Origin: an uncultured Methylomirabilota bacterium
GTDB taxonomy: Bacteria > Methylomirabilota > Methylomirabilia > Methylomirabilales > 2-02-FULL-66-22
DNA: 64,000 nucleotides
NCBI GenBank assembly: GCA_963705305.1
Contig: OY970067.1
Span: forward strand, 3,200,001 to 3,264,000
Direction: 5' to 3'
Shown here: positions 29,258-37,616 of the stretch, piece by piece
How the letters are laid out: every line of letters starts with the position of its first letter
Position numbering within the stretch: position 1 is the first letter of the stretch
Translations under genes and position numbers: made by a program
Notes under the pieces: generated by a model
Database searches by the model: none
Told to the model about the DNA's origin: nothing
Seen by the model: the letters and a program-made list of their open reading frames with translations, nothing else

Positions 29258-30532
29258 TCATTTTCGCCGGTCGATCTCTCTGATCTTCAGCAGCAGGCCG
29301 ACGATCGTCACCAGGATGATCCCCACGGCCACCCAGAGCCCCCGGTGGCGAAACGCCAGATCCTTCAGCGCCTGCTCTCCCCAGGCGTACTCCTTGTCGG
29401 CGATCGTGCCCCCTTGATCGACCAGCGTCTTGACGGCCGCCGCATTGGCCAAGTGGATCGTGACCCGGGCCTTGAGCAGGGCGTCGGTGGCCCCGCGCAG
29501 GTCAAACTTGGCCTGGCCCACTTCCATCCCCGCATTCTGGGCCCGGTCCAGGATCACCGCTGCCCGCCGAATCTTCTCCGTGAGCCCGTCCAGGGAGGCC
29601 CGGATGACCCCGGCCTGCTGGATTTCGGGGGAGTTCGGCTGGTGGCAGTTCACACAGACCGCAGGCGGGGCCGTCCCCACCATGGCGTCGCTGGTCTTCC
29701 TCACGTCGTGATTGCTATGGCAGGTCACGCACCCAGGGAGTCCGAGGGCGGAGAAGGCCGTCTGGTGAGGGCTCTTGCCGAAGAAGTCCTCCTGGACGCT
29801 GTGGCAGGTCCCGCAGACATTGGCGACGGAACTCGCGCCCGGCGGCACGGCGCCATGATTGCCATGGCAGATGTTGCAGGTCGGGGCGGACAAATCCCCG
29901 TTCTGGGTCAGCGCCTGGTAGTGGACGCTCTCCTTGTACTTGACGACCACGTCGGTCGGCACGTCATAGCCGGCCATGTAGCGGGGATCGCCGTGGCACC
30001 GGCCGCAGGTGTCCACGACCTTCAGCGGGTAGGTCCAGGCCTGCTGGTCCTTGATGGCCTTGATCTTGTGGATGTCGTGACAGCTGATGCACGTCGCGAC
30101 CTTCTGGTCGCCCTTCCGCAGCTGCTTTCCGTGTACGCTGGTGTAGTACTCCTGCACCTGGTCCACCCGGAGCGTCGGATCGAAGCGTTTCATGTAGTCC
30201 GCGTTGCTGTGACACTTCCCGCAGAGCTGGGGGATGGCCTGGTGCGTCGGCTTCCCGACGAATCCCTTGGCCTTGCCCATGGCCACGTTCGGATCGAAGC
30301 TGGTGGGGTCCCCCCCGTGACAATCCTGGCACAGAATTCCCTTGGCGTAATGGATGTCCTGGGGAAAGAGCTCTGCAGGCTCCCGCAGGCGGGGGATGTC
30401 GCTCCCCTCATGACAGGCGATGCAGGTATTGCTCGCCGCCGGGGTCTGGGCCGCCCTGCCGTTGCCCGGGGCAGCGAGCAGGAGCAGGCCGAGAACCATC
30501 ACCCCAAGCGGGAGCAGCCGGAGGTGCCGCAT
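29258..30532 (-). CDS. Nine-heme cytochrome c with C-terminal membrane anchor
   Basis: Signal peptide; nine CxxCH motifs (CIACH, CQDCH, CGKCH, CISCH, CGRCH, CNICH, CGTCH, CVTCH, CVNCH); C-terminal TM. Confidence 0.92.
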   Translation of the reverse strand: MRHLRLLPLGVMVLGLLLLAAPGNGRAAQTPAASNTCIACHEGSDIPRLREPAELFPQDIHYAKGILCQDCHGGDPTSFDPNVAMGKAKGFVGKPTHQAIPQLCGKCHSNADYMKRFDPTLRVDQVQEYYTSVHGKQLRKGDQKVATCISCHDIHKIKAIKDQQAWTYPLKVVDTCGRCHGDPRYMAGYDVPTDVVVKYKESVHYQALTQNGDLSAPTCNICHGNHGAVPPGASSVANVCGTCHSVQEDFFGKSPHQTAFSALGLPGCVTCHSNHDVRKTSDAMVGTAPPAVCVNCHQPNSPEIQQAGVIRASLDGLTEKIRRAAVILDRAQNAGMEVGQAKFDLRGATDALLKARVTIHLANAAAVKTLVDQGGTIADKEYAWGEQALKDLAFRHRGLWVAVGIILVTIVGLLLKIREIDRRK

Positions 30533-30533
30533 G

Positions 30534-31643
30534 TTATTTCCCCCCCGCTACCACGTACCCCAGCACGCTCAGCGCCACGATGTACGTCACGAGGCACACG
30601 CCGATCCGGAAGAACAGCGGGCTCTTCTCCCCCCGGGCCGATCGGCGATCCAGGAATGGAACCAGCAGGAGGAATAGCCCTCCCAGCCCAAAACCCACGA
30701 CTCCCACCACCTCGCCGTCGATCGGCCCGATTCTGGCCGGGAGGAGCTTGAGGGTCTGGAACATGTACATGAAGTACCACTCGGGCCGGATGCCCGCCGG
30801 GGCCGAGGCGAAGGGATCCGCCTTGGTCCCCAACTCCCAGGGGAAGTAGGCGGCCAGCGCCCCCAGGACGGCCAGCGCCGACAACCAGCCCACCACGTCA
30901 CGCAGGAGAAAGTGCGGAAAGAACGGCATGCTGCGGATGGGACGGCCGCTCTTCTCCACCTCCGGCGGCACGCTCATCCCCTGCGCCTGGACCAGGAACA
31001 GGTGGGCCGCGAGCAGGAACGTGACGAGCAGGGGAAGGATGGCGACGTGGATCCCATAGAAGCGGGAGAGCGTGGCTCCCGTGACGTCGTCCCCCCCGCG
31101 CAGGAGCTTGACGATAAGGTGCCCCACCACGGGCACCTGGCCCGCCACGTTGGTCCCCACCTGGGTGGCAAAGAAGGCCAAGGTATTCCAGGGGAGCAGG
31201 TAGCCGCTGAAGCCGAAGACCAGGATCAGGCCGAAGAGCAGGACCCCGGTGACCCAGGTGAGCTCCCGCGGCTTCCGATAGCCCTGGGTGAAGTAGACGC
31301 TGAACAGGTGGACCATCATCACGGCGATCATGAGGTTGGCCGACCAGCTGTGAATGGACCGAATGAGCCACCCGAACTGGACATCGGTCATGATGAACTG
31401 GACGCTCTCGTAGGCCTGCTCGGCACTGGGGCGGTAGTAGAGGACCAGCAGGATACCGGTCAGCACCTGGATGATGAAGAGAAAGAGTGTCATCCCCCCG
31501 AAGTAATACCAGACCGTGTGCTTGTGCTCGGGCACCACCTTGTGCCGGACGAATCCGCGGAAGGCATCCAGGTCGAGGCGCGCCTCCAGCCAGTCCGTGA
31601 GAGGCTGAACCAGTCGGGGCCACAGATTGTCGCGCCGCTCCAT
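30534..31643 (-). CDS. petB: Cytochrome b of a Rieske/cyt b complex (b6 and subunit IV in one chain)
   Basis: [15 protein letters not shown] and PEWY motifs; four heme His, the second pair spaced H-x14-H. Start at ATG 31643. Confidence 0.92.
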   Translation of the reverse strand: MERRDNLWPRLVQPLTDWLEARLDLDAFRGFVRHKVVPEHKHTVWYYFGGMTLFLFIIQVLTGILLVLYYRPSAEQAYESVQFIMTDVQFGWLIRSIHSWSANLMIAVMMVHLFSVYFTQGYRKPRELTWVTGVLLFGLILVFGFSGYLLPWNTLAFFATQVGTNVAGQVPVVGHLIVKLLRGGDDVTGATLSRFYGIHVAILPLLVTFLLAAHLFLVQAQGMSVPPEVEKSGRPIRSMPFFPHFLLRDVVGWLSALAVLGALAAYFPWELGTKADPFASAPAGIRPEWYFMYMFQTLKLLPARIGPIDGEVVGVVGFGLGGLFLLLVPFLDRRSARGEKSPLFFRIGVCLVTYIVALSVLGYVVAGGK

Positions 31644-31645
31644 CT

Positions 31646-32089
31646 TCAGGCTCGCTTGCTGACCACGACCTGATCGCCCTTGACGAAGACCTTGTAGGGC
31701 TCCAGCGGTCGGGGAGGCGGACCGCTCACGTTCTTCCCGTTGAGGTCGTAGACCCCGTTGTGACAGGGGCACCAGATGTCCTCGCGGGCGGCCCGGTACT
31801 GAACGGTACAGCCGAGATGGGTGCAAACTGCGGTGAAGGCGCGCAGTTCGCCGGATGGAGTTCGAACCAGGATGCCCGGCTGGCTCCCGAAGCGGAAGAT
31901 CCGCCCCGAGTTGGTCTTGATCTCTGCCGGGCTCCACGGGAGGGTAACGGTGGCGACGCTCGGTTCGCCGGTTTCGGGCGGGATTAGGTAGCGGACGACC
32001 GGGTACAACATCCAGGCCGCCATGCTCGTGAATCCGGTCCCGAGAAGCACGTTCACGAAGCGGCGGCGAGACCTCTCCCCTGCCTGCAT
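31646..32089 (-). CDS. Rieske iron-sulfur protein
   Basis: Tat-like SRRRF, CTHLGC and CPCHNG. Confidence 0.95.
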   Translation of the reverse strand: MQAGERSRRRFVNVLLGTGFTSMAAWMLYPVVRYLIPPETGEPSVATVTLPWSPAEIKTNSGRIFRFGSQPGILVRTPSGELRAFTAVCTHLGCTVQYRAAREDIWCPCHNGVYDLNGKNVSGPPPRPLEPYKVFVKGDQVVVSKRA

Positions 32090-32337
32090 CTCTCCCCCCT
32101 CCTCAAGAGGTCCCTTATGCAGAATCCAGCAGCCGACGAGGCACTCCGCTGGCGTGGCATGACCGCCCTTGGTTCAGCCGCCCCACCGGGGAAAACCTCC
32201 GCAAACTGGATGCGCTACAAAGCAGGTAGAGACAATCCGATTACCGGCAAAACATATGCTCAGCGTTCTCCAATGTCAAGACGAATGCTGGCTCGCAAAT
32301 TGAATCACACCGCAAGGAACGCGCGCAAGGCCAGTGG

Positions 32338-34152
32338 CTAGGAGGCGCATTCACCCACACCGGTCGTGACGTGAAAGCCCTCGGTCCCGCCCCAGTCAAC
32401 GTACATATCCGGCGCCTCAGTCGACGCAGGGAGTTCCGTTAAATCCTTCACCGCCTCTCGGATCCTGGACAGGCCCACCCGCTCCACGAATGCCTCGAAT
32501 CGCTCCCCGGCCAGCCGCTCTGACCGGTATAGATCCAGCAGTCGCCCTACCACGCGGGGGGCGTTCTTCGCCGGCACCTTGAAGGCGGGGCGAGCGTACT
32601 TGGTCCCGTCCAGTTGGAGCGCGGCACCCAGGAGGACCTGATAGGTTGGGGCCTGCTGCCCGTTGAATTCCTTCGCCCCGCCCGAGAACCCGATGCCGGC
32701 GATGTGGTGGTGGCCGCAGGAATTCGGGCAGCCGGAGATCTTGATCTGCAGGCCCGCCTCATCTGCGAGATCGGCATAGGTGCTCTGAAGGAGCTCGCCT
32801 ATGGCCCGGGCGAGTCCCCGGGACGAAGTGATTCCGAGTTGACACGTGTCCGAGCCGGGGCACGTCGTGATGTCGGCCAACCGATCCGCCGATGGCTCCG
32901 CTAGGCCGACCGCCTTCAGGAGGCGGTAGACTGCCGCCACCTTGTCGGTCGGGATCCAGCGGAGGAGCACGTTTTGTTGGTTCGTCGTCCGGACCCACCC
33001 GTCGGCAAACTGCCGAGTCGCGAAGGCCAGGACACGGAGTTGCGGGGCGCTCACATCACCCAGCCGCAAGCGGACCGAGACCATGGAATACCCCGCCTGC
33101 TTCTGGGGGCGAATGTTGGTCGTCCACCAGCGCCGGAACTCGACATCCCCATTGGGCACCGGCGTCTGGGTGGCCGGCACCGGGACGGTCCGGGATCGCT
33201 CTGGAGGAACAACGATGGGGGGAATCTTCTCGGCCAGGACCGCCCGCAGCGCTTCGCGTTCCCGGCGGACGAGGTCCCGGACCTTCTCGATCCCGAGCTT
33301 CCGCACCACGAACTTGAACCGCGCAAGGTCGCGGCTGTCCCGGTTGCCGGTCCGGTCGAACACCCGGATGATCGCGGCGATCGTCACGAGCAGATCGTCG
33401 GCGGGCGTGAACTCCTCCAGGGGTTGGGCGACCTGGGGGGACGGGCCGAGGCCGCCGCCGATATAGAGTCGAAACCCCCGGCGCCCGGCGCCGTCCCCTT
33501 CGCGGTGAAGGGCCACCGCCCCGATGTCCTGGATGGCCGGAAGCGCGCAATGCTCCGGGCACCCGGAGAAGCTGATCTTGAACTTCCGCGGCAGGTTCTG
33601 ATTCACCGGGTTGCGCAGCAGGAACCGGGCTGTCGCCTCGGCGTACGGCGTCACGTCGAACGGCTCGGCGGGCGCTACGCCCGCGTGGGGACACGCCACC
33701 ACGTTACGGACCGTATTCCCGCAGGCCTCGCGCGTCGTCAGGCCCGCCTCGGCCAAATGCCGCAGCGTGTTCACCAGCGCGTCGGCTTTCACCGAGTGGA
33801 ACTGGAGATTCTGCCGCGTGGTCAGATGCCCGCGCCCGTGGGGGGTGCTGCCGGCCACCTCTGCCAGCCGCTCGAGCTGAGTCGCCGTCAGGCCGCCCCA
33901 GGGGATCTTCACCCGGACCATGTGCAGGCCATCCTGCCGCTGGCCGTACACGCCCTGCTGGAGGCGAAACCGTTTGAACTCGTCCGCACTGAGCTCCCCC
34001 CGCCAAAAGCGCTGGACGAAAAGATCGAACGTGTCAATCTCCCGTGCGTCCGCCCACGACCAGGGTTCGAGCGGACCCTGGCCTGGAAGCTCCTCGGGTT
34101 CCGGAATGTGCAGATGGCGAGCCTTGGTATTGGTGATCACATCTTCCCTCAT
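32338..34152 (-). CDS. Siroheme/[4Fe-4S] sulfite or nitrite reductase
   Basis: TTRQNLQ, CGNTVRN, LPRKFK, CPGSDTC and KISGCPNSC. The neighbouring DUF2292 gene favours sulfite reduction. Confidence 0.9.
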   Translation of the reverse strand: MREDVITNTKARHLHIPEPEELPGQGPLEPWSWADAREIDTFDLFVQRFWRGELSADEFKRFRLQQGVYGQRQDGLHMVRVKIPWGGLTATQLERLAEVAGSTPHGRGHLTTRQNLQFHSVKADALVNTLRHLAEAGLTTREACGNTVRNVVACPHAGVAPAEPFDVTPYAEATARFLLRNPVNQNLPRKFKISFSGCPEHCALPAIQDIGAVALHREGDGAGRRGFRLYIGGGLGPSPQVAQPLEEFTPADDLLVTIAAIIRVFDRTGNRDSRDLARFKFVVRKLGIEKVRDLVRREREALRAVLAEKIPPIVVPPERSRTVPVPATQTPVPNGDVEFRRWWTTNIRPQKQAGYSMVSVRLRLGDVSAPQLRVLAFATRQFADGWVRTTNQQNVLLRWIPTDKVAAVYRLLKAVGLAEPSADRLADITTCPGSDTCQLGITSSRGLARAIGELLQSTYADLADEAGLQIKISGCPNSCGHHHIAGIGFSGGAKEFNGQQAPTYQVLLGAALQLDGTKYARPAFKVPAKNAPRVVGRLLDLYRSERLAGERFEAFVERVGLSRIREAVKDLTELPASTEAPDMYVDWGGTEGFHVTTGVGECAS

Positions 34153-34243
34153 CGTGTTCCCCCTTCAAACACAGAAGACCATCCCCGCACTCCGCGAGAA
34201 TGGCCTCCAGTTGTCTGGTCAGCCTAGATCTTGCCTGCGCCCG

Positions 34244-34414
34244 CTACACGAGCCGCAGCTTCTCCGTCTTGTCGATCTGGACCACCCGGGAATCCTGGAT
34301 GATGATCTGGACCTCCCCGTGGCGCACACTCTGGATTGCGGCGAGAATCTGCCGGACGATCTCGCCGGCGTCCAGAGGGGGTTTCGGTTGGAGGGTGGCT
34401 ATCTGAGCGCTCAT
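34244..34414 (-). CDS. DUF2292/YezD/OscA-like small protein (56 aa)
   Basis: Not in the ORF track. MSAQIATLQPKPPLDAGEIVRQILAAIQSVRHGEVQIIIQDSRVVQIDKTEKLRLV; GAGG RBS; the G.V.I.I.D..VVQI...EK.RL signature is typical upstream of sulfur assimilation genes. Confidence 0.8.
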   Translation of the reverse strand: MSAQIATLQPKPPLDAGEIVRQILAAIQSVRHGEVQIIIQDSRVVQIDKTEKLRLV

Positions 34415-34548
34415 AGTTTCCTCGCGGTTATCGGTTATGGGTCGCCGGATGACAGTGCGTCCTCGTCACGTCTGTCCCGAATGGGCGCCACTCCCTGGCG
34501 CCAGCGACAGATACATCGCATGCGACCCTCCAATCTCCGCGCGAAAGC

Positions 34549-34585
34549 AAAAACCCCTTCCCATCGCTCTGGATGAGAAGGGGTT
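34549..34585 (-). terminator. Leader hairpin with U tract upstream of the DUF2292-reductase genes (possible attenuator)
   Basis: Minus strand reads AACCCCTTCTCATC-CAGAGC-GATGGGAAGGGGTTTTT. Confidence 0.5.
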
Positions 34586-34733
34586 ACAGTGGGTTCTTTC
34601 CCCCTCCTCATCTCTCCCCGGCGGCGCGCGTTATCGCGACCAGATCGTTCGTCCGTCGGGGCAGGAGTTAGCACCCCGCGCCCCTTTCGGGGTCGGGTAG
34701 TGTCCTAATTTGATTTTTGAGGGTAGATGAAGG

Positions 34734-35037
34734 CTAGTGTTTCGGGAAGAGATAATTGGCAACCACGTAAAGTACACCAAGAATATTGGCTGTTGTGCTT
34801 CCAATCGCAGCGAGTAGGACGGGGTCGGATAGCTTTATCCAGATGAATCCTTGGAAAAAGAGCAGCAGTGCAATGATGGAAACCCAAGCGCAGGCTAGAC
34901 AAAAAAACCGCTGAGAATATTTTTTTCTCTCCGCTATGTCTTGGCGTTGACCTTGGATGGATGGGGTCGATCGAGGACTTATCGTCTTTTGCGAGCTTGA
35001 GGAATTCATTGGCGACGGCAAGGGCTCCGTATGGCAT
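34734..35037 (-). pseudogene. Internally deleted Panacea (DUF4065/SocA) antitoxin plus membrane-protein pair
   Basis: MPYGALAVANEFLKLA resembles a Panacea N-terminus. It is joined out of frame to a 2-TM C-terminus LSDPVLLAAIGSTTANILGVLYVVANYLF. Confidence 0.5.
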
Positions 35038-35167
35038 TTTACTTACTCCTCACCACAAGAGCCGTTTTGGGAAGTCGCTCAAATAGCACCAGAACCGTGC
35101 GGTTTACGTGGACCAATCATATGTTTGGGTGAGCCGACTTGTCAACAGGAAAATGTTTACTGGCGAA

Positions 35168-35998
35168 CTAAGTGCCCGGGAGCAGGTCACCCAAGTCCCA
35201 CACGCGGTGCGTGATCCCCGCCGCCATAGCCGGCGTCACCCGCAGGGTCTTGTGAATCCGGCAGAAATTGTAGTACGCGAAATGCAGTGCAAGTGCCGCC
35301 TTCAGGTTCTCCAGCTTCTTGCTGAAAGCGTTCGTCAACCGCGTAAACCGGCGCATCATCATGCGCATCGTGAGGTTCTGCCGCTCGACATAGGACGTGC
35401 AGACATGCGCCGGATCGGGGTTCCCGTTGATCGTCGTGGATACCGTCTCCGTGACCCGTGGTGGGGAGTACCTCCCGTCGCCAGCGGGCTCGGCCCCGTA
35501 CAGCTTCACGAGCTGCGCGTAATCCACATCTGCCCCGAAGGCTTCCTCGACCGCCCCAATGTAGGCGTTCAGCCCATCCGTGGTCAACTGGATTCGGCCA
35601 TTCTCGGCAAGCCGTCGGCGCAGGTCCTCCATGAACGCCAGCGCCGTCTGCCCGTCGCGCTTCCCGACGAGGAAGGTCGGAATCAGCTTTGACTCGGCAT
35701 CCAGGGCGACGAACACGTACTGGTCGCCCCGCTCGGGATGCACCGTCCGGTCCTTCTCGGTCAATCGGCCCTCTTTCTTGAAGACGTAGCACCAGATTTC
35801 GTCCGCCTCGATGTGGCGGGAGTGAAATCCCTTCATTCGATCTTTAAGGATTCCCTGGCACCGCTCGCCGACTTCGATCAGGAGCCGCAGGATCGTATCC
35901 CGATGCACGCCGGTCATGCGCTCCGTGCTCCGGACGCTGTTCCCCTCGACTAGGGCCGCCAGGACGGCCAGCTTCTTTTCCAGCTTCAACGTGTTCAT
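35168..35998 (-). CDS. IS1-family DDE transposase
   Basis: N-terminal HTH (EGNSVRSTER), EADEIW, LTTDG, TSYVERQN...RFTRLTNAFSKK and TPAMAAG. Confidence 0.9.
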   Translation of the reverse strand: MNTLKLEKKLAVLAALVEGNSVRSTERMTGVHRDTILRLLIEVGERCQGILKDRMKGFHSRHIEADEIWCYVFKKEGRLTEKDRTVHPERGDQYVFVALDAESKLIPTFLVGKRDGQTALAFMEDLRRRLAENGRIQLTTDGLNAYIGAVEEAFGADVDYAQLVKLYGAEPAGDGRYSPPRVTETVSTTINGNPDPAHVCTSYVERQNLTMRMMMRRFTRLTNAFSKKLENLKAALALHFAYYNFCRIHKTLRVTPAMAAGITHRVWDLGDLLPGT

Positions 35999-36136
35999 GG
36001 GCCTTGCCTTTCTGTGGCGAAGGCCCTATATTGAGAATGGCTGGTCAAGCATCTCAATGGCCTTCGCGGGTTGTTGGGGTGTCAGCCGCCCCCGGGTCGC
36101 TTGGAACGGCTCGGGGGTTTTCTTTACCTATAAATA

Positions 36137-36197
36137 TACATGAGCGGTCATGTAATGTCAAGAGAAAAAGCTTGACTTTACATGAGCGGTCATGTAA
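36137..36197. promoter_or_regulatory. Two identical palindromic operators overlapping divergent promoters
   Basis: TACATGAGCGGTCATGTAA at 36137-36155 and 36179-36197, each next to a -35-like hexamer (TTGACA on minus, TTGACT on plus). Confidence 0.7.
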
Positions 36198-36206
36198 AAA
36201 AAATCT

Positions 36207-36374
36207 ATGAAGAAAAATCCACATGCTGTAGCATTGGGCCGACGTGGTGGCCTGAAGGGTGGCCCCGCACGCGCTAAAGCGCTATCACGCGAGCGGCTTA
36301 GCGAAATTGGAAGAAAAGCCGTTCAGGCGCGATGGGCTAAAGCGAAACTGGTAAAAGAAACAAATGGAACCTAG
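36207..36374 (+). CDS. Small basic protein (KNPxAVALGRxGG.KGG family), probable nucleic-acid-binding regulator
   Basis: Not in the ORF track. MKKNPHAVALGRRGGLKGGPARAKALSRERLSEIGRKAVQARWAK..., 55 aa, overlapping the next gene. Confidence 0.75.
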   Translation: MKKNPHAVALGRRGGLKGGPARAKALSRERLSEIGRKAVQARWAKAKLVKETNGT

Positions 36375-37125
36375 AATTGTAATCTCAATTAGTGGAGATA
36401 TTATACCACTGTCTGCGTTCATCGACGCGACATCGCATATACACTTTATCTTGAGCGATGTAGACAAACAGATAAGCGGAACGTCAACCTTGGTGTGGTC
36501 GGTTGAATCGCTTGGCAATTCAAGTAAGATTGTAGAGGCTGCCCCATATCTTATTCATGAAGATGGCGTTGATAATCGAGTCCGCATTGTGTCAGCTTTT
36601 GTAGAAGGAATGCAAAAGATTTCCCTTGATAAACCTGTACGCCCAAATTACTTTTCGGAAGACTCTCTTCTTAGGGCCAAATCCTTGGCAAATCTTCTCG
36701 ATGGATATGTGACTAGAATTTCTCTACGAGGAACGATTGAGGGGAAGTTGTCTGATTATATCCTTATCACTCAACGTGTGGCCGCCAACGTCGATGAATT
36801 GATTGGCATTCGTCGCACGTCCTTAGGGTCTATAGAAGGGAAAATGGAACTAATTTCCATACATGGAGGAACTTATTTCAATATATATGATCAGTTGAGT
36901 GGACGCAGAATTAAGTGTGTCTGCAACCGAGATCAATTGAATGAACTAACCTCAGCTCAGAATCTTGGCAGGCGCATTCTTGTGTATGGCGAGATCCGGG
37001 AGGATTCCTTCGGACAGGCCATCCAGATTAAATTGCAGCATCACCGATTTCTCCGTAATAGAGATGAGCTTCCTCAACCTAACGACCTGCGTGGCATCCT
37101 AGTTAATAATACTTCTGCGGGATAA
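36364..37125 (+). CDS. Hypothetical protein upstream of PIN toxin
   Basis: AT-rich 253-aa ORF ending 5 bp before the PIN gene. Confidence 0.7.
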   Translation: MEPRIVISISGDIIPLSAFIDATSHIHFILSDVDKQISGTSTLVWSVESLGNSSKIVEAAPYLIHEDGVDNRVRIVSAFVEGMQKISLDKPVRPNYFSEDSLLRAKSLANLLDGYVTRISLRGTIEGKLSDYILITQRVAANVDELIGIRRTSLGSIEGKMELISIHGGTYFNIYDQLSGRRIKCVCNRDQLNELTSAQNLGRRILVYGEIREDSFGQAIQIKLQHHRFLRNRDELPQPNDLRGILVNNTSAG

Positions 37126-37130
37126 ATCGG

Positions 37131-37592
37131 ATGACGCCGAAAAAGGAACGTCACTACTGGGATTCGTGCTGCTTTCTTGCTATACTAAATAATGAGCCGG
37201 AGTGCTCTGAATGCGAAGGGATTTTGAATGACGCTAAGGACGGAAAGGTCGATATAATTGTTTCTCCTCTCAGCATGTTAGAAGTGATACGCAGGAAAGG
37301 GGATCCGCTACCAATCTCTCGTGATAAAGCGCAGGCCATAACGAGTTTTTTTGAAAATGATTATATAATTATGAGAACAATTGATCGTTTGGTGGCCGAA
37401 ACCGGCAGGGAATTATGTTGGTCACATAAACTGAAGCCGATGGACGCACTCCATTTGGCAACTGCGTTGCTCACTGATTGCGATACACTCGAAACTCTTG
37501 ATCCTGATTTACTTCGACACCACCTCAAAATAGGAAATCCTCCCATTAAGATTCAAAAACCTCGCCGTGTTGGTCAAATCGAACTGATTTAA
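37131..37592 (+). CDS. PIN-domain (VapC-like) ribonuclease
   Basis: YWDSC, SMLEV, MDALHLATA and TLDPDL acidic motifs. Confidence 0.88.
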   Translation: MTPKKERHYWDSCCFLAILNNEPECSECEGILNDAKDGKVDIIVSPLSMLEVIRRKGDPLPISRDKAQAITSFFENDYIIMRTIDRLVAETGRELCWSHKLKPMDALHLATALLTDCDTLETLDPDLLRHHLKIGNPPIKIQKPRRVGQIELI

Positions 37593-37616
37593 TCCCGTTC
37601 AAATTAGGACACTACC

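Larger units (their letters stand above)
34696..37616. mobile_element. IS1-family transporter element with passenger genes
   Basis: Perfect 18-bp terminal inverted repeats GGTAGTGTCCTAATTTGA (34696-34713) and TCAAATTAGGACACTACC (37599-37616) enclose a transposase and AT-rich passengers; no target-site duplication. Confidence 0.88.
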
